64,000 nucleotides of DNA from the human T2T-CHM13v2.0 reference genome, Homo sapiens. This document shows, one piece after another, positions 14,721 through 27,749 of the stretch (its first letter is position 1; every line of letters starts with the position of its first letter). Where the stretch lies: assembly GCF_009914755.1 (NCBI RefSeq), contig NC_060927.1; one strand, written 5' to 3'. The notes under the pieces are model-generated. The model searched no databases and was not told the origin of the DNA. It saw only the letters and a list, made by a program, of their open reading frames with translations. Both the position numbers and the translations under genes were made by a program.

Positions 14721-14756
<36 letters not shown>

Positions 14757-14762
14757 GTATAC
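14597..14762. repeat. Compound (AT)n/(AC)n microsatellite
   Basis: Direct reading. Confidence 0.95.
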
Positions 14763-15149
14763 TTCAATGGCCTTTGTGTAAGGTCTTTGTAGAATCTTTT
14801 TCTTTATCAGGTATACAAGGGAGAGCCCTCCCTTCATGGACTTCCTTGACTCAATTTGTCAGGAATTTCTTAACATTAGTGACTCCATTTTAATTCTGAA
14901 AATTTTCACCCTGGCAACAAGTATATATTTAATAAGGAAGAGAATACATATGAAAACAATAATAAATATACACAAGTCACTAAACTATATTTCTTTCAGT
15001 TATGCTGGGCTGAAATTCTATAAAAGTGTTTTTTTGCCAAGCAGTTTTAGAAAATGTAAAGCAAAGGCTATTTTTATCATTTTATATTTATTCCTAAATA
15101 CATACATAATATTTGTGCTCATTATAATAAATTTGGTAAAGGGGGGAGA

Positions 15150-16020
15150 TGACTAACAAAATTACCCACAGACTCTGGCAGTGAACAAAATAGAATAAGA
15201 ACACTATATCTATCTTTCCCATTGACCACAACCAAACACCCTGGATAAAATACCCAAAATAAACAAGCAACTACTCTGAAAATTAATAAATGAATTGGTA
15301 AAGACCAAACTTGATAAACAATCTTTATTGGGTGAGTTTCCCAATTAATTATCTCCTCTTTTTTCTTTGTGCTTTGGTCCAAGGGCAGCTCCAGCTTCTG
15401 GGCAATTGGTTCAGGCAGCAAATTTCAGAAATGGTCTTTCCGGCCAGAGGAACAGGAAAGGAGCTACTCTTTGCTTTAATGGCAGCCCGAATTGTGCATA
15501 ACTGTGCAGCAGCAAAAGTGGCTAAAACGCCAAAAAACAAAACAAAGAACATCTTTCAAGACAGGGAACTAGGAAAAGAGAGCCCTGGGAGTCAGATAAT
15601 AGGGGAAAACTTGCAGAAAGGAGAGAATCGAAAATAGGGATGCCTTAATTCTGTGTGTGAACTGACAAAAGTTCAGCTCAGCCCTGAGCTGTTCATATGT
15701 GGGACAGACCAAAAGCAGCATAGCAATGGCTTTTAAAACTCAATTGACTTTGGAATGCTCCCCATGGAAGCTAAGACAGAACTTCCAGTTTGAACCTAAC
15801 TAGGTTAATTGCCTGCTGAAACAGCCACAACAATAGCAGAAAAGCCAACATTCTCCAGCGTATTGTCATAGGACTCAGAGTCTCATACTATCAAAATGTC
15901 CAGGATGTAATCCCAAAATACTCACCTTACAAAGAACCAGGACACCCTGAGAAACTCTCAAGTGAAAAACCATCATCAGATCAACAGATGGAATCCCTGA
16001 GATAAACCAGATGTCAGTCA
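15150..16020 (+). mobile_element. Ancient L1M 5'-region fragment
   Basis: cctggataaaata..., aaaatgtccaggat..aaagaaccagga...accagatgtcag resemble L1M 5'UTR/ORF1 start. Confidence 0.5.
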
Positions 16021-16029
16021 GAGAATAAC

Positions 16030-16950
16030 TATGTAATAGTTCAGTCATTTTGAGTTTATTGAGACTTGTTCACAGCCCAGCATATGATCTATGGGTGACT
16101 GTTCCAAGTGTACTGAAGAAAATTGTTTTTTGTTATTGTTGGTTTAGGGTTCTAAGTTCCCACTGACTGCCATTTTTCTGGATTATAGATCCCACTTTCT
16201 TCTTTCTTTGCATGTCTAGTAATATTTTAATACTGAACATTGCAAATAATATATTGTAGCAACTCTGGATTCTCTTGTGTTCTTCTGGGTATTTTTCTTT
16301 TTAATAGTTGGTTAATTTTTTAAATTCAAACTGTATCCTCACTCTTTCCTGTGGAATGCAGCAGCTGGTAACTGCTTATTGCTCACAGCATCCAGCTGCT
16401 GTTTTTCTTACCCTTGTCCACTGAGGGTCTCCGCTGTAACTGCATGGCAATCAGCTGAAGACTCAGACAAAATGTATTGTTACATTTTTAAGCTCACACA
16501 TCATGGTTACTCTGCTGCTGGAGAGTTCCCCTTAAATTTCCAGATGCTCTACCAGCTTCAGGCTCTTTTCTGTACTATTTCAAACTAGTAAATTTTTAGG
16601 TTTTCCTTGCTAGATTGAAATATGAGTTGGGAAATGCACCTAGTTAACAACAACAACAATAAAGCAGCAAACTCACAATCTTACCTGGTGAATCTGTCTT
16701 TCAGGACTATATGACTTTTTGGTCTATATTTACCAGACACACAGGGCTCTTCTTTGCACATTTGTAATTTACTGGCCAGTTGGAGATTTCTGCAGAACTT
16801 AACATGCAAATTTTGGCTCTCACCCCTTCTGTAGTACTCCTGCTTACAGGATTTCCTTTTCAAATACTCAGCTGCTCCCCTGGTACTGAGTTATTTCCCC
16901 TGCATCTTTGACCTGGTTAGGCTGGCTTTTTCTCTTTGTTATACGTGTTC
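16030..16950 (-). mobile_element. Ancient L1M fragments (ORF2 endonuclease piece and 5' region)
   Basis: tttattgagacttgtt..cccagcatatgatctat..tgttccaagtgtactgaagaaaat is antisense L1 endonuclease-region text. Confidence 0.5.
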
Positions 16951-19900
16951 TTAAAGAGAATATCCAATCATTTCCTACCTTTTGTAAACACAGTTTTATA
17001 AGAATAAAATTTCCTCTGGCTTTTGTTTGTACTTGAATACTTTCTACTACTTCCAAATAGTTATTTTTTAAAAAATATATTATGTTTCAATGTGGTAACT
17101 TTTATTTGTGAGGTTTATGACATCACTTTGTTACCACTATCAGAATTCCTCCCAAAACCCTCCCAAGTCTTTGATCTGCACTCCCTTCACGGGCAAGTTT
17201 TCATAGCTGCCTTTGTTTTTGCCTGCTGTAATGGTATTGAAGCTTTAAGTCTAAATAGTCATTTTAAAAGAATTCACTGTCAAATAAATCTTGGAAAGGC
17301 CATCTCACTAGAAGTCAGTAGATATGCATTTAACTTGAGCAAGTTGCTTGACTGCCTTGTATCATTGCTTTCTCTTCTAAAACTTAAGGAATTGGATGAG
17401 CTATTCAATGACTTATCTGATAAAGTTTCTTTTTCCCATGGCTAAGTCAGTAAACAAGACCTCTACTAATTTATAGGCATAGTGATTGTCTAAGCTAAGT
17501 TTTCCTTCTGTTTCCATTTTCCCAGAAGAGAAACTACTGGTCAGCCGAGATGTTCTCAAGAGTTGAACGAAGCATTTTATCTATCTGTTGCTTTCTACAT
17601 CCTGTTTTCAATTTCAATGCCAAAATGGTCATCAGGCACATTACTCTTAAGGATATTTTGCAATGTGCTCTAGTTTCCCAACCAAGATGTCTCATTTTTC
17701 TTTCCTTGATTCGCTGTCAGTTTTCTCCCTTTCTTAATATCTCTGCTATCACTCAACTCTAATTTCCAATTCTTTCTCAGTATTTTAATATCAAGTTGCA
17801 TTTTTTCTAAATAAAAGAAAAACTATGATTGGCTATCTTGGCCCAGAGTATTTTTACTCTCTGCACAATTTAAAAGATGGATGCTGAACTGTATTTTCTC
17901 TGCTGAATGACAAAGTAAACAAAATAAGAAACATGTCAAGAAAGTATCAGGTGTGTTGGTAAGAGGCGGAAAATAACAAGTTGAACAAAGTGTAGGAAGC
18001 ATTCTACCACACATCATGGTTACTCTGCTGAGTAATTATTCACAGTTTGTGAACACATCACAAACTATGAATAATAGTTTTTGTCATCCTTATTTTTATG
18101 TCATATATGTGGAAAAAGTAATATTTATCTTACTAAGTCTAGCATGCTTATTTACTATAGCTGTTATATTTTCATTCAATTTTTTATTTATCAAAAATGT
18201 TTAAATTACTACCATCTGCCATGGAGCAGTGAATAAAACAAAGTGTTTCTCACTTATTGTTGCCCCCGCAAGTCACAGGAAGAAGAAAAAGGCTACTTGG
18301 AGTTGACAGTGATCATGGGATTCAGTAATTAGGTAAGGCTTCTGGACAAGACAGCAGAAGTAGGTAATTCAGGGATAAACTTCTTTTTAAGATGACAGTA
18401 TGAGTGATGAAACAGGAAAGGGAAGATGAGGGATTATCAAATGATTTGTTTTGCTATTCTTCCACTGAATTAACCAAATTGTTTCTAATTAAATTTATTA
18501 AAATCCTATTACATTTCAAAACAAATACCTGCTAATTTTGACAATTCAAACAAGAGTTAAGTTTGAAATTACTTTTCATAGTTACATTAAAAAAACCAAT
18601 TGATTGATGTTGCATTATCAGGGAATGAACATCATAATACATTTTCCTTTTATTTATTAAATGAACAGCCAGAATATGTTAAAATGTATTAATCTAATTA
18701 ATATAAAGTTGATGTATCAAATATTTTAAAACTTATTTGCTTGAATTTACTTGTAGTACACATTGAGATTAGTACGTGTAAATTTTAGAAATATACAATT
18801 ACATTTTGTGTGAATTTTATGATCAATTTATGAAAGAATTGAGAATATTTATTTAGGAATCTTCTTACATATCTTAAAGTAAATGATGTCTTCCAAAGTA
18901 GTTTATTGAAAATTTTATTAAAAATTGATTTTCTGCTAGCACTTCTGTAATACTTTGATTTCGGAGATGCTGAATTTCTGAAGCTGGATTTCAAAATTAA
19001 AAAAACTAAGTCTCTCATGGTAGTTAGATTATATAGCTATGCCTTGAATCATGGATAGTATATGTGAATGTGCAACTTTGATTTAATATGAAATATGGGA
19101 ATACTAGAATTTTTAAAGGATGTGTTGCTTATTTGCTAGTTTGTGAGTATTAGGATAGAGATAAGTGGAATGTAAGACTATCTTTCAAAACCCCTTATCA
19201 TCCAATCCTTTTATTCTGGTGATGGGGATGCAAAGGAGAGATGAGAATTTCTTGGTAGTAAGAAAAGGTAGAAAGTTGGGGAAACAGAAATATATTTTTA
19301 GTAAGAAAATTAGGCTTTCTTTTTAATAACATGATTTATGTGTAGTCGACATTTACATAAATGTTCATATTTTGGTCAAGTAAACTTTTATGTTTCTAAA
19401 CTATCTTTACTATTATTAATAATATGTAATAAGCTAAGTTATCTTAATATTGGTTATATGGACATTAAACAGATATGATGACTATGTTGCTACAATTTGA
19501 AGCTATTGTGCATCTAGATTTATTCATAAATGTAAATATTACTTATCTTAGTAAAATGCTTAACAGAAATTGCTTTTTAAAGAATATATGCTTTCTCCAG
19601 GGAATAATTTTGGCCTTGAAAAAACATGTATATATGTTTTACTTATCTTTCAATATTTACATCCCAGTATTTCTGAACAGAGATAAAAATTCTTGCTGTC
19701 AAAGGTGGCCGACCAGGAACATGCATTTGTCTCCCATGCCTGCTAAGACCTCACTTAAAAAAAAGATAAGGTGTGTGATTAAGAATAAACTCATAATAGA
19801 AAAAAAGAATTGTGGAGGTTAACGTAAGGGAGGATATCATCGTGAAAGGGAAATTACACTGAATTTCTGCAAAACAGGAAGAGGATGAGAAATCACAGTT

Positions 19901-20424
19901 GGAGGAAACAAACTAAACAAACAGAAACCTGAGGTAGCTTTTGTTCATAGTGAGCTGTTACCAAAATTTTCTCCCATAAAATAAACTCTAGACAAATCTC
20001 TAAGGAAATTGAGCAGAGCTTTAGAGAAGAGCTAATCTCTATGCAGGTTTTATTTTGTCATTTGGCATTGCATTCACCAGGAAATCCAGTGCCACACCAA
20101 TTCAGTTTGCTGACCTTCATACCCACTTGCCTTGCTCCAGTCAGAATTTCCATTCCAGGGAGGTCCGTGTAAGGAAACAGTTTTATATACATAAACCCAC
20201 ACCATGTACCAAAATTTTTAAAAAGGTAGCTCTTTGACAAACGTATTCTATGTTTATTGGATTGGCTTATGCAAATGTAGAGGCCAATTTTAGTAATGTA
20301 TATCTTCCCAGAAAATTAATGTTTTCATTCATGTTTGAAAATATGTTTAGATGGAGTTTAATCAGGTAGTCAATTTTGATTATTTAAATTTTGTTTGTAT
20401 CTTGTGGTTATTTCACCATCTTTT

Positions 20425-20471
20425 AAAAATTTAATTTTTTTATTTGTAATTTTTGTGGGTTCATAGTAGGC
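20425..20471 (-). mobile_element. L1MA-type 3' terminus (short remnant)
   Basis: T-rich tail then taatttttgtgggttcatagtagg, the L1MA 3'-end motif. Confidence 0.6.
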
Positions 20472-20825
20472 TGATATGGTTTGGATTTGTGTCCTCACCC
20501 TAATCTCATGTTGAATTGTAATCCCCACTGTTGGAGGAGGAGCCTGGTAGGAGATTATTGGATCATTGGGGTGGATTTCTCCCTTGCTGTTCTTGTAATA
20601 GTAAGTTCTCATGTAAGATCTAGTTGTTTAAAAGTGTGTAGCACCTCCTCCTTTACTCTTTCTCCTGCTCCCACCATGTAAGACTTGCCTGCCCTCTTCG
20701 CTTTCCTCCATGATTATAAGTTTCCTGAGGCCTCTCCACCTAGCCATGCTTCCTGTACAGCCTGTGGAATTGTGTCAATTGAACCTCTTTTCTTTACAAA
20801 TTACCCAGTTTCTGGTAGTTCTTTT
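20472..20825 (+). mobile_element. MSTA/THE1D-type MaLR LTR, 3' end missing
   Basis: TGATATGGTTTGGATTTGTGTCC...aaattacccagtttctggtagttcttt; terminal ...TAATACA absent. Confidence 0.9.
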
Positions 20826-20935
20826 ATTTATTAAATTTTTTTTTTGAGATGGAGTCTCCCTTTATCTCCCAGGCTGGAGTGCAGTGGCACAATCTCAGCT
20901 CACTGCAACCTCTGCCGCCTAGGTTTAAGCGATTC
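20826..20935 (-). mobile_element. AluS 3' fragment cut by LTR12
   Basis: Poly-T, gagatggagtctc...aagcgattc, then abrupt switch to LTR12. Confidence 0.9.
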
Positions 20936-21830
20936 TGTGTCCGGACTTGGTGGGTTCTTGCTCTCACTGACTTCAAGAATGAAGCCACAGACCCTCGCGG
21001 TAAGTGTTACAGTTCTTAAAGATGGTGTGTCTGGAGTTTGTTCCTTCTTATGTTTGGACATGTTCAGAGTTTCTTCCTTCTGGTGGGTTCGTGGTCTTGC
21101 TGGCTTCAGGAGTGAAGCTGCAGATCATCGTGGTGAGTGTTACAGCTCTTAACGCAGCACGTCTGGAGTTGTTCATTCCTCCCGGTGGGTTCATGGTCTT
21201 GTTCATTCCTCCCGGTGGGTTCCTGGTCTCGCAGGCCTCAGGAGTGAAGCTGTGGACCTTCCCAGTGAGCGTTATAGCTCATAATGACAGTGCAGACACA
21301 AAAGTGAGCAGCAGCAAGATTTACTGCAAAGAGCAAAGGAACAAAGCTTCCACAGTGTGGAATGGGACCAGAGGGGGTTGCCGCTGCTGGCTTGGGCAGC
21401 CTGCTTATATTCCCTTATCCGACCCCACCCACATCCTGCTGATTGGCCCATTTTACAGAGAGCTGATTGGTGCATTATACAGAGAGCTGATTGGTCCATT
21501 TTGACAGGGTGCTGATTGTTGCGTTTACAAACCTTGAGCTAGACACAGAGTGCTGATTGGTGTATTTACAATCCTCTAGCTAGACATAAAAGTTCTCCAA
21601 GTCCGCACTAGATTAGCTAGACACAGAGCACTGATTGGTGCCTTTACAAACCTTGAGCTAGACACAGAGTGTTGATTGGTGCATTTACAATCCTTTAGCT
21701 AGACACAAAAGTTCTCCAAGTCCCCACTAGATTAGCTAGACACGGAGCAGTGACTGGTGCATTTACAAACCTTGAGCTAGACACAGAGTGCTGATTGGTG
21801 CATTTAGAATCCTCTAGCTAGACATAAAAG
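20936..21830 (-). mobile_element. LTR12 (HERV9 LTR), truncated within its tandem-repeat U3
   Basis: tgtgtccggacttggtgggttcttg..caagaatgaagcc..ggagtgaagctgcaga; tandem gctagacacagagtgctgattggtg repeats at ~21430-21830. Confidence 0.95.
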
Positions 21831-21872
21831 CCCTGTTGCCCAGGCTGGAGTGCAATGGCACAATCTCAGCTC

Positions 21873-22265
21873 TAGATCTTGGAGGCATGCTTCATTCTTT
21901 TTTATTTCTTTTTATTTTATCTCTTCTGACTGTGTATTTTCAAATAACTTGTCTTCAGGCTCACTAATTCTTTCTTCTGCTTGATCCATCTGCTGTTAAA
22001 GGACTTTGCTGCATTCATCAGTATGCCAATTGCATTTTCAGTTCCAGAATTTCTTCATGATTCTTTGTAATTATTTCATTCATTTTGTTAAATTTACATG
22101 ATAGGATTCTGAATTCCTTCTCTGTGTTGTTTTGAATTTCACTGAGCTTCCTCAGATTTGAATTCTCTGTTTGAAAGGTAACATAAGTCTGTCTCTCTAG
22201 GATTGGTCCCTGGAAACTTACTTAGTTTGTTTGGTGATATCATGTTTTCTTGTATTGTCTTGAAA
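21873..22265 (-). mobile_element. L1M ORF1-region fragment similar to 23981-24330
   Basis: Shares ctgactgtgtattttca..cactaattctttcttctgcttgatccat..gttaaaggact with the downstream L1. Confidence 0.8.
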
Positions 22266-22289
22266 TCAATGTCAAAAAATCAATGTCTG

Positions 22290-25200
22290 GGAACTGATTT
22301 TTTGAGTGTTTTAGGACTTGTTCTGTGACTTAATATATGGTCTATCTTTGAGAATAATCCATGTGCTGAAGAAAAGAATGTGTACTCTGAAGCTCTTGGA
22401 TAAAATATTCTGTAAATATGTATTAGATCCATTTGGTCTGTAGTGCAGATTAAGTCTGTTGTTTCTTTGTTAAGTTTCTGTCTGAAAGATCTGTTCAGTG
22501 CTAAAAGTGGTGTGTTGAAGTTTCCAGCTATTACTATATTGGGGCCTATCTCTCTCCTTAGCTCTAATAATATTTCCTTTATATATGTGAGTGCTCTGGT
22601 TTGGGGTGCATATATATTTAAAATTGTCATATCCTCTTCCTAAATTGACCCCTTTATCATTTTATATAGTGACCTTCTTTGTCTCTGATAGTTTTGGTCT
22701 TGAAACCTATTTTGTCTGGTATAAGTAGAGCAACTCCAGCTCTTTTTTGGTTTCCATTGGAATCAAATATCTTTTTTCATTCCTTTATTTTCAGTCTATG
22801 TGTATCTTTATAGGTGAAATGTGTTTCCTATAGGCAACAGATCAGTCGATCTTATATTTTGTTCATTCAGCCAGTATATGTCTTTTTATTGGAGAGTTTA
22901 GTCCATTTACATTCAATGTTATTGATAAGTAAGAACTTACTTCTGCCATTTTGTTATTTTCTTTCTGGTTGTTTTGTGGTCTCTCTTCCTTCTTTCTTTC
23001 ATTCCTGTATTCCTCTACTGAAGGTGACTTTCTCTGTTGATATGATTTAGTTTCTTGCTTTTTATTTTTTGTGTCTCCATTGTATGTTTTCTGGTTTAGG
23101 GTTACCATGAGATTTGCAAATACTATCTTATAACTCATTATCTTAATCTGATAACAGCTTAACACTATTTGCCCACACAAACACACAAGCAAAAAGGAAA
23201 CTAATAAAACCTTGCTTTAACTTTGTCTCTCTGCTTTTTTACATTTTTATTGTTTCCATTAATATTCACATCTTATTTTACTATGTCTTGAAAAGTTGTT
23301 GTAGTTAGTATTTTTTATTGGTTCATCATTTACTCTTTCTACTTAGGATACAAGTAGCTTATACAACACAGTTAAGTGTTATAATACTTTGTGTTGTCCT
23401 GTTTACTTACTATTACCAGTAAGTTTTGTACCTTCAGGACATTCATTGCTCATGAATGTCCTTTTCTTTCTGTGTGAAGTACTCCCTCTAGCATTTCTTG
23501 TAGGACAGATCTAGAATTAATAAAATCCCTTAGCTTTTATTTTTCTGGGAAAGTCTTTATTTCTCCTCCATGCTTGAAGTATAGTTTCACTGGATATACT
23601 CTCCTTGGGTAAATTTTTTTTCTTCAGCATTTTAAATAAGTCATGCCACTTTCTTTTGCCCTGCAAGGTTTCCACTTAAAAGTCTGCTGCCAGATGCATT
23701 GGAGCTCTATTATATGTTATTCTTTTCTTTTCTTTTGCTGCTTTTCAATCCTTTCTGAATCCTTGACCTTTGGGAATTTGATTATTAAACACATTGAGGC
23801 AGTCTTCTTTGAGCTAAAACTGCTTGGTGTTCTATAACCTTCTTGTACTTGAATATCTCTCTCTAGGTTTGCGAAGTTCTCTGTTACTATCCCTTTAAAT
23901 AAACTTTCTACCTCTATCTCTTTCTCTTCCTCCTCTTTAAGGCCAATAACTCTTAGATTTGCCTTTTGAGGCTCTTTTTTTAGATCCTGTAGGCTTTCTT
24001 CTGACTGTGTATTTTCACATAGTCTGTCTTTAATTCACTAATTCTTTCTTCTGCTTGATCCATTCTGCTGTTAAAGGACTGTCTTCAGTGTGCCAACTGC
24101 ATTTTTCGACTCCAAAATTTCTGCATGATTCTTTTTAATTATTTCAATCTCTGTTAAATGTATCCGATGGAATTCTAAATTCCATCTCTGTGTTATCTTG
24201 AGTTTATTTGCATTTCCTCAACACAGCTATTTTGAATTCTCTATCTGAAAGGTCACATATATCTGGCATTGTTCCCTGGTGCCTTATTTAGATAATTTGG
24301 TGAGGTCATGTTTTCCTGGATGGTGTTGATACTAATAACTGTTCTTTGGTGTCTAAGCATTGAAGAGTTAGGTATTTATTATAGTCTTCACTGTCTGGGC
24401 TAATTTGTAGCTGTCCTCCTTGGGAAGACTTTCCAGATATTTAAAAGGACATGGGTGTTGTGATCTAAGCTGTTTCTGCTTTAGGGGGGATCCCAAACCT
24501 AATAACACTGCAGTTCTTGCAGACTCATAGAGGCACTGCCTTGATGGCCTTGGACAAGGTCTGGGGGAGTTCTCTGGATTACCAGGTAAAGAATTTTGTT
24601 CTCTTCTCTTACTTTCTCCCAAATACACAGTCTCTCTCTCTGTTTTGAACCACCTAAAGCTGTAAATGGATGACACAAGCACCCCTGTGTCCACCACCAC
24701 TATGACTTCTATGGGTCAGACCTGAAGCCAGGACAGCACGGGGTCTCACCCAAGGCCTGCTTTAACCACTTTAACCACTCCCTGAATACTACCTATGTTT
24801 GCTCAAGGCCCTTGGACTCTAAAATCAGCAGGTAGCAAAGCCAGCCAGATCTGTGTTTTTCCCTTCAGGGTAGCAAGGTCCCCCAGGCCCTGGGTGGGTC
24901 CAGAAGTGCCATCCAGGAGTCATGGACTAGAGTCAAAAACCTTAGAAGTCTACCTGATGTTCTATTATATTATGGCCGAGCTGGCACTCAAACCATAAGA
25001 TGCCATAATTCCCACCCTTCCTTCCCCTTTCCGAAGGCAGAGGATCCTCACCTCCATAGCCAATGCCACACCTGGCCACGAGGAATACTGCCAGACTACC
25101 ACCAAAGTTCCTTTAAAGCCAAGGTCTCTTAAGTCAGCTTGTGGCAAATGCTGCCTGGCCTGGTTCTCACTCTTTAGAACAGTGGGCTCCCTCTTGCCCA

Positions 25201-26387
25201 GGACAGGTCCAGAAATGCTGTCCGAGAGTCAAGTCCTGGAATTGGGGAACCCAAGAGCCTGCTTGGTGCTCTACTCCCTTGTGGCAGTGTTGGTACCTAA
25301 GGTGCAAGAAAAAGTCCCCTTTACTTTGCCCTGTGCTTTTCTCAAGCAGAAGGAGTTTTGCCCCATAGCCACCACAGGTGGTTATGTGTGAGTATCACCT
25401 GAAGCCAGCAAGTCTCATAGGCCCACCAAAGCCCTTGATGTGCACCTCTCTATTGCTACTGGTTATTCAGGACCCAAGGGCTCCTCAGTTAGCAGAATAC
25501 TGGCAGGACTGAGTCCTTTCCTTCAAGGCAGTGGGTTCCCTTCTAGCCCAGGGTGTGTCTGGAAATGTCGTGTGGGAATTAGGGCCTGGAATAGAGGCCT
25601 CATGACTTTAATCAGTGCCTTATTCTGCTATGGCTGAGCTGGTATCAAAGATGCAAGACAAAGTCCTCCCCGCTCTTCCCTCTCCTCTCTTTAAGCAGAA
25701 GGAAGGGGTCTTTTTTGGAACCATAAGCTGCGCAGCATGGGGTTAAGAGAGGAATGATGCCAGCACTCCCTAGGCCGCCCCAACTGGTGTCTCAGTATGT
25801 CACATGCCCCTCCAGTCCACTACCTCTGTGCCTAGTTCAGCCCTAGGACTCGCCTACAAGTTGCAGTCCTAATGGACTGAACTGCCTTTCATGTTTACCT
25901 AGAGACCCAAGGCACTGTGGCCCTCGGTGGTGAGGTTTGCAGGCACTCAAGTTCAGACCACTGGACTAGGTGATTCCCCTCTGACTAGGGCTGGTTTAAA
26001 TGTTGCCTTTGTGGGCGAGCATCAGCTGAGGTTGGTCTCATTTTCCTTTCTGCTCTAAGAGAACAGTCTGAGCTCAGTGCCTCATGATTGCTGTGTTTTT
26101 TCCTCCCCAGTTCCCAGAAATGCTCTCCACATCATGCTGCTGCTGTGGTAGGTGGGAGGACGGGCGGCATTGGTGATTCAGGACTTAAAAAAGAAATCTT
26201 TTCATTGCCTCTTTCAGCAATACGAAGTTAAAGCCAGGTACTATGAGTGCTCATTTGATTTTTTATTCTTATGCAGGTGTTTTTTTCTGTGTAGAGAGTT
26301 GTTAACTTGGTGTCCTTGCAGGGAGGATGATCAGAGGAACTTTCTGAGGATGATCAGAGGAATGTTCTGCCATCTTGCTCTGCCTCC
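22290..26387 (-). mobile_element. L1 (L1M1/L1MA-type): complete 5'UTR, ORF1 and ORF2 endonuclease region
   Basis: ORF 22280-22630 (TILNIYAP..GNFNTPL..YTFFSSAHG) and 22863-23192 (YLSITLNVNGLNSPIKRH); 5' end reads GGAGGCAGAGCAAGATGGC on the minus strand. Confidence 0.93.
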
Positions 26388-26409
26388 TAATTATTATTAA
26401 TCTTAATAG

Positions 26410-26800
26410 CTGTATCCAACATTTATAGCAATGTATCAGTTTCATGTACAAGACACTATTGTATGCTCAAGGAACACTAACTCATCTAATCATTACCAGT
26501 TTGCAGGTCAGAAATAAGAAAACTGAGATTTAGGAGGTTATAGGCATCATGTTAAGTCATACAGCTTACTAGACTCTAAATTAGAACACGTAGTCTCTAA
26601 CCTAGGTCTCTCACTCCAGAGCTAATGCTCTGACATCAGAGCCGCACACTCTGATGAATGTGTGTAAGGGAAAGAGCATAGGAACTGGAGTCAGTTGACT
26701 TATATTCTAGCCCCATCTCTGCTACAGTAAGACCTGGTTCAGGTCAATCAAGCTCTATGGCACTAAGTTGGAGTTGTACTAAGTGAGTTCAAAACTCTAC
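26410..26800. mobile_element. Two MIR fragments (opposite orientations)
   Basis: agaaaactgagatttaggaggtta..gtcatacagct (antisense) and gagcataggaactggagtcag (sense). Confidence 0.55.
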
Positions 26801-27749
26801 TAAAGTAAGCAGCAATATTATATGATCCTTTATTTGCTATTTCCAGAATAGGGATAGATTTATGCACTTCAAATACTTCTCATGGTCAGCTGCGTCATCT
26901 GTGATATGGCCAGCTTTGAGTAAGGGTACATTCCAGAGTCACGGAAAAGAAAAGCTACCTGCCCATATTACACTGACATCATTAAAACTATACTGTCACC
27001 AAGTACTCTAACAGTAACCTAAGATTCCATGCAGGCCTAAAACTAATGCTAAATTCTCAGAAGCCATAGGGGTGAGCTGATATCAGAACAGTCTACATCC
27101 ATGTGATAAGTGCAGTGGACATAATAAGCTTCAAGTTTAATTATTTAATACTAATAATATTGGGTTTGACTAATCCACTGTTGGACCAACTTTAGCCATG
27201 TGTTAAGTACAATTTTGAATACAAAAACTACTTCAGTTTCTTAAGTAAATGCAAAAGAAAACAGCTTTTCAAAAGAAAGCAAAGATGAAAATATATATTG
27301 TATATATACATAAATGATAATATGGCAGAGTTCACAGTATAGCATTGAAGAAAAAAATAACTAGGGCTAAGAAAGAACAGTTCTCGGTATCTAATTCACT
27401 AGAATTAAAAGGCAGTCTCTTCAGGATGATGGGAGAAAAATTAACCCGAAAAACTTTTCATCTTTTTGTCACTCAAGGGACAAGTTTAGGACATATGAAA
27501 TCTCATTGGTCAAGGTTGGATTCTGTGCCCACCTCTTGCACAAGGCAAATGGCATCTTGTTTCATAGACCAACTAAGAGAACTGTCATGGTTCCACAAAA
27601 GCTGAGCTAATGTTACAGAAGAAGAGTGAATACTGCAGGAAATTATGACAGGGAACAGATAAGTCCTATACTTACTACATTTTCCCGTCCATTATACTCC
27701 ATAGAGTAATTTCATTAGACTTACTGTAATACCATACATTAGAGTAATA

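Noticed and set aside
14434-14893. ORFs with HT/YI/CV-rich low-complexity peptides
   Set aside because: Translations of an (AT)/(AC) microsatellite inside an LTR.
21004-21504. 166-aa ORF
   Set aside because: Antisense reading of LTR12 R/U5; not a recognisable protein.
21430-21830. Regularly spaced direct repeats resembling a CRISPR array
   Set aside because: The intervening sequences are themselves repeated, there are no cas genes, and this is the known LTR12 U3 tandem repeat in primate DNA.
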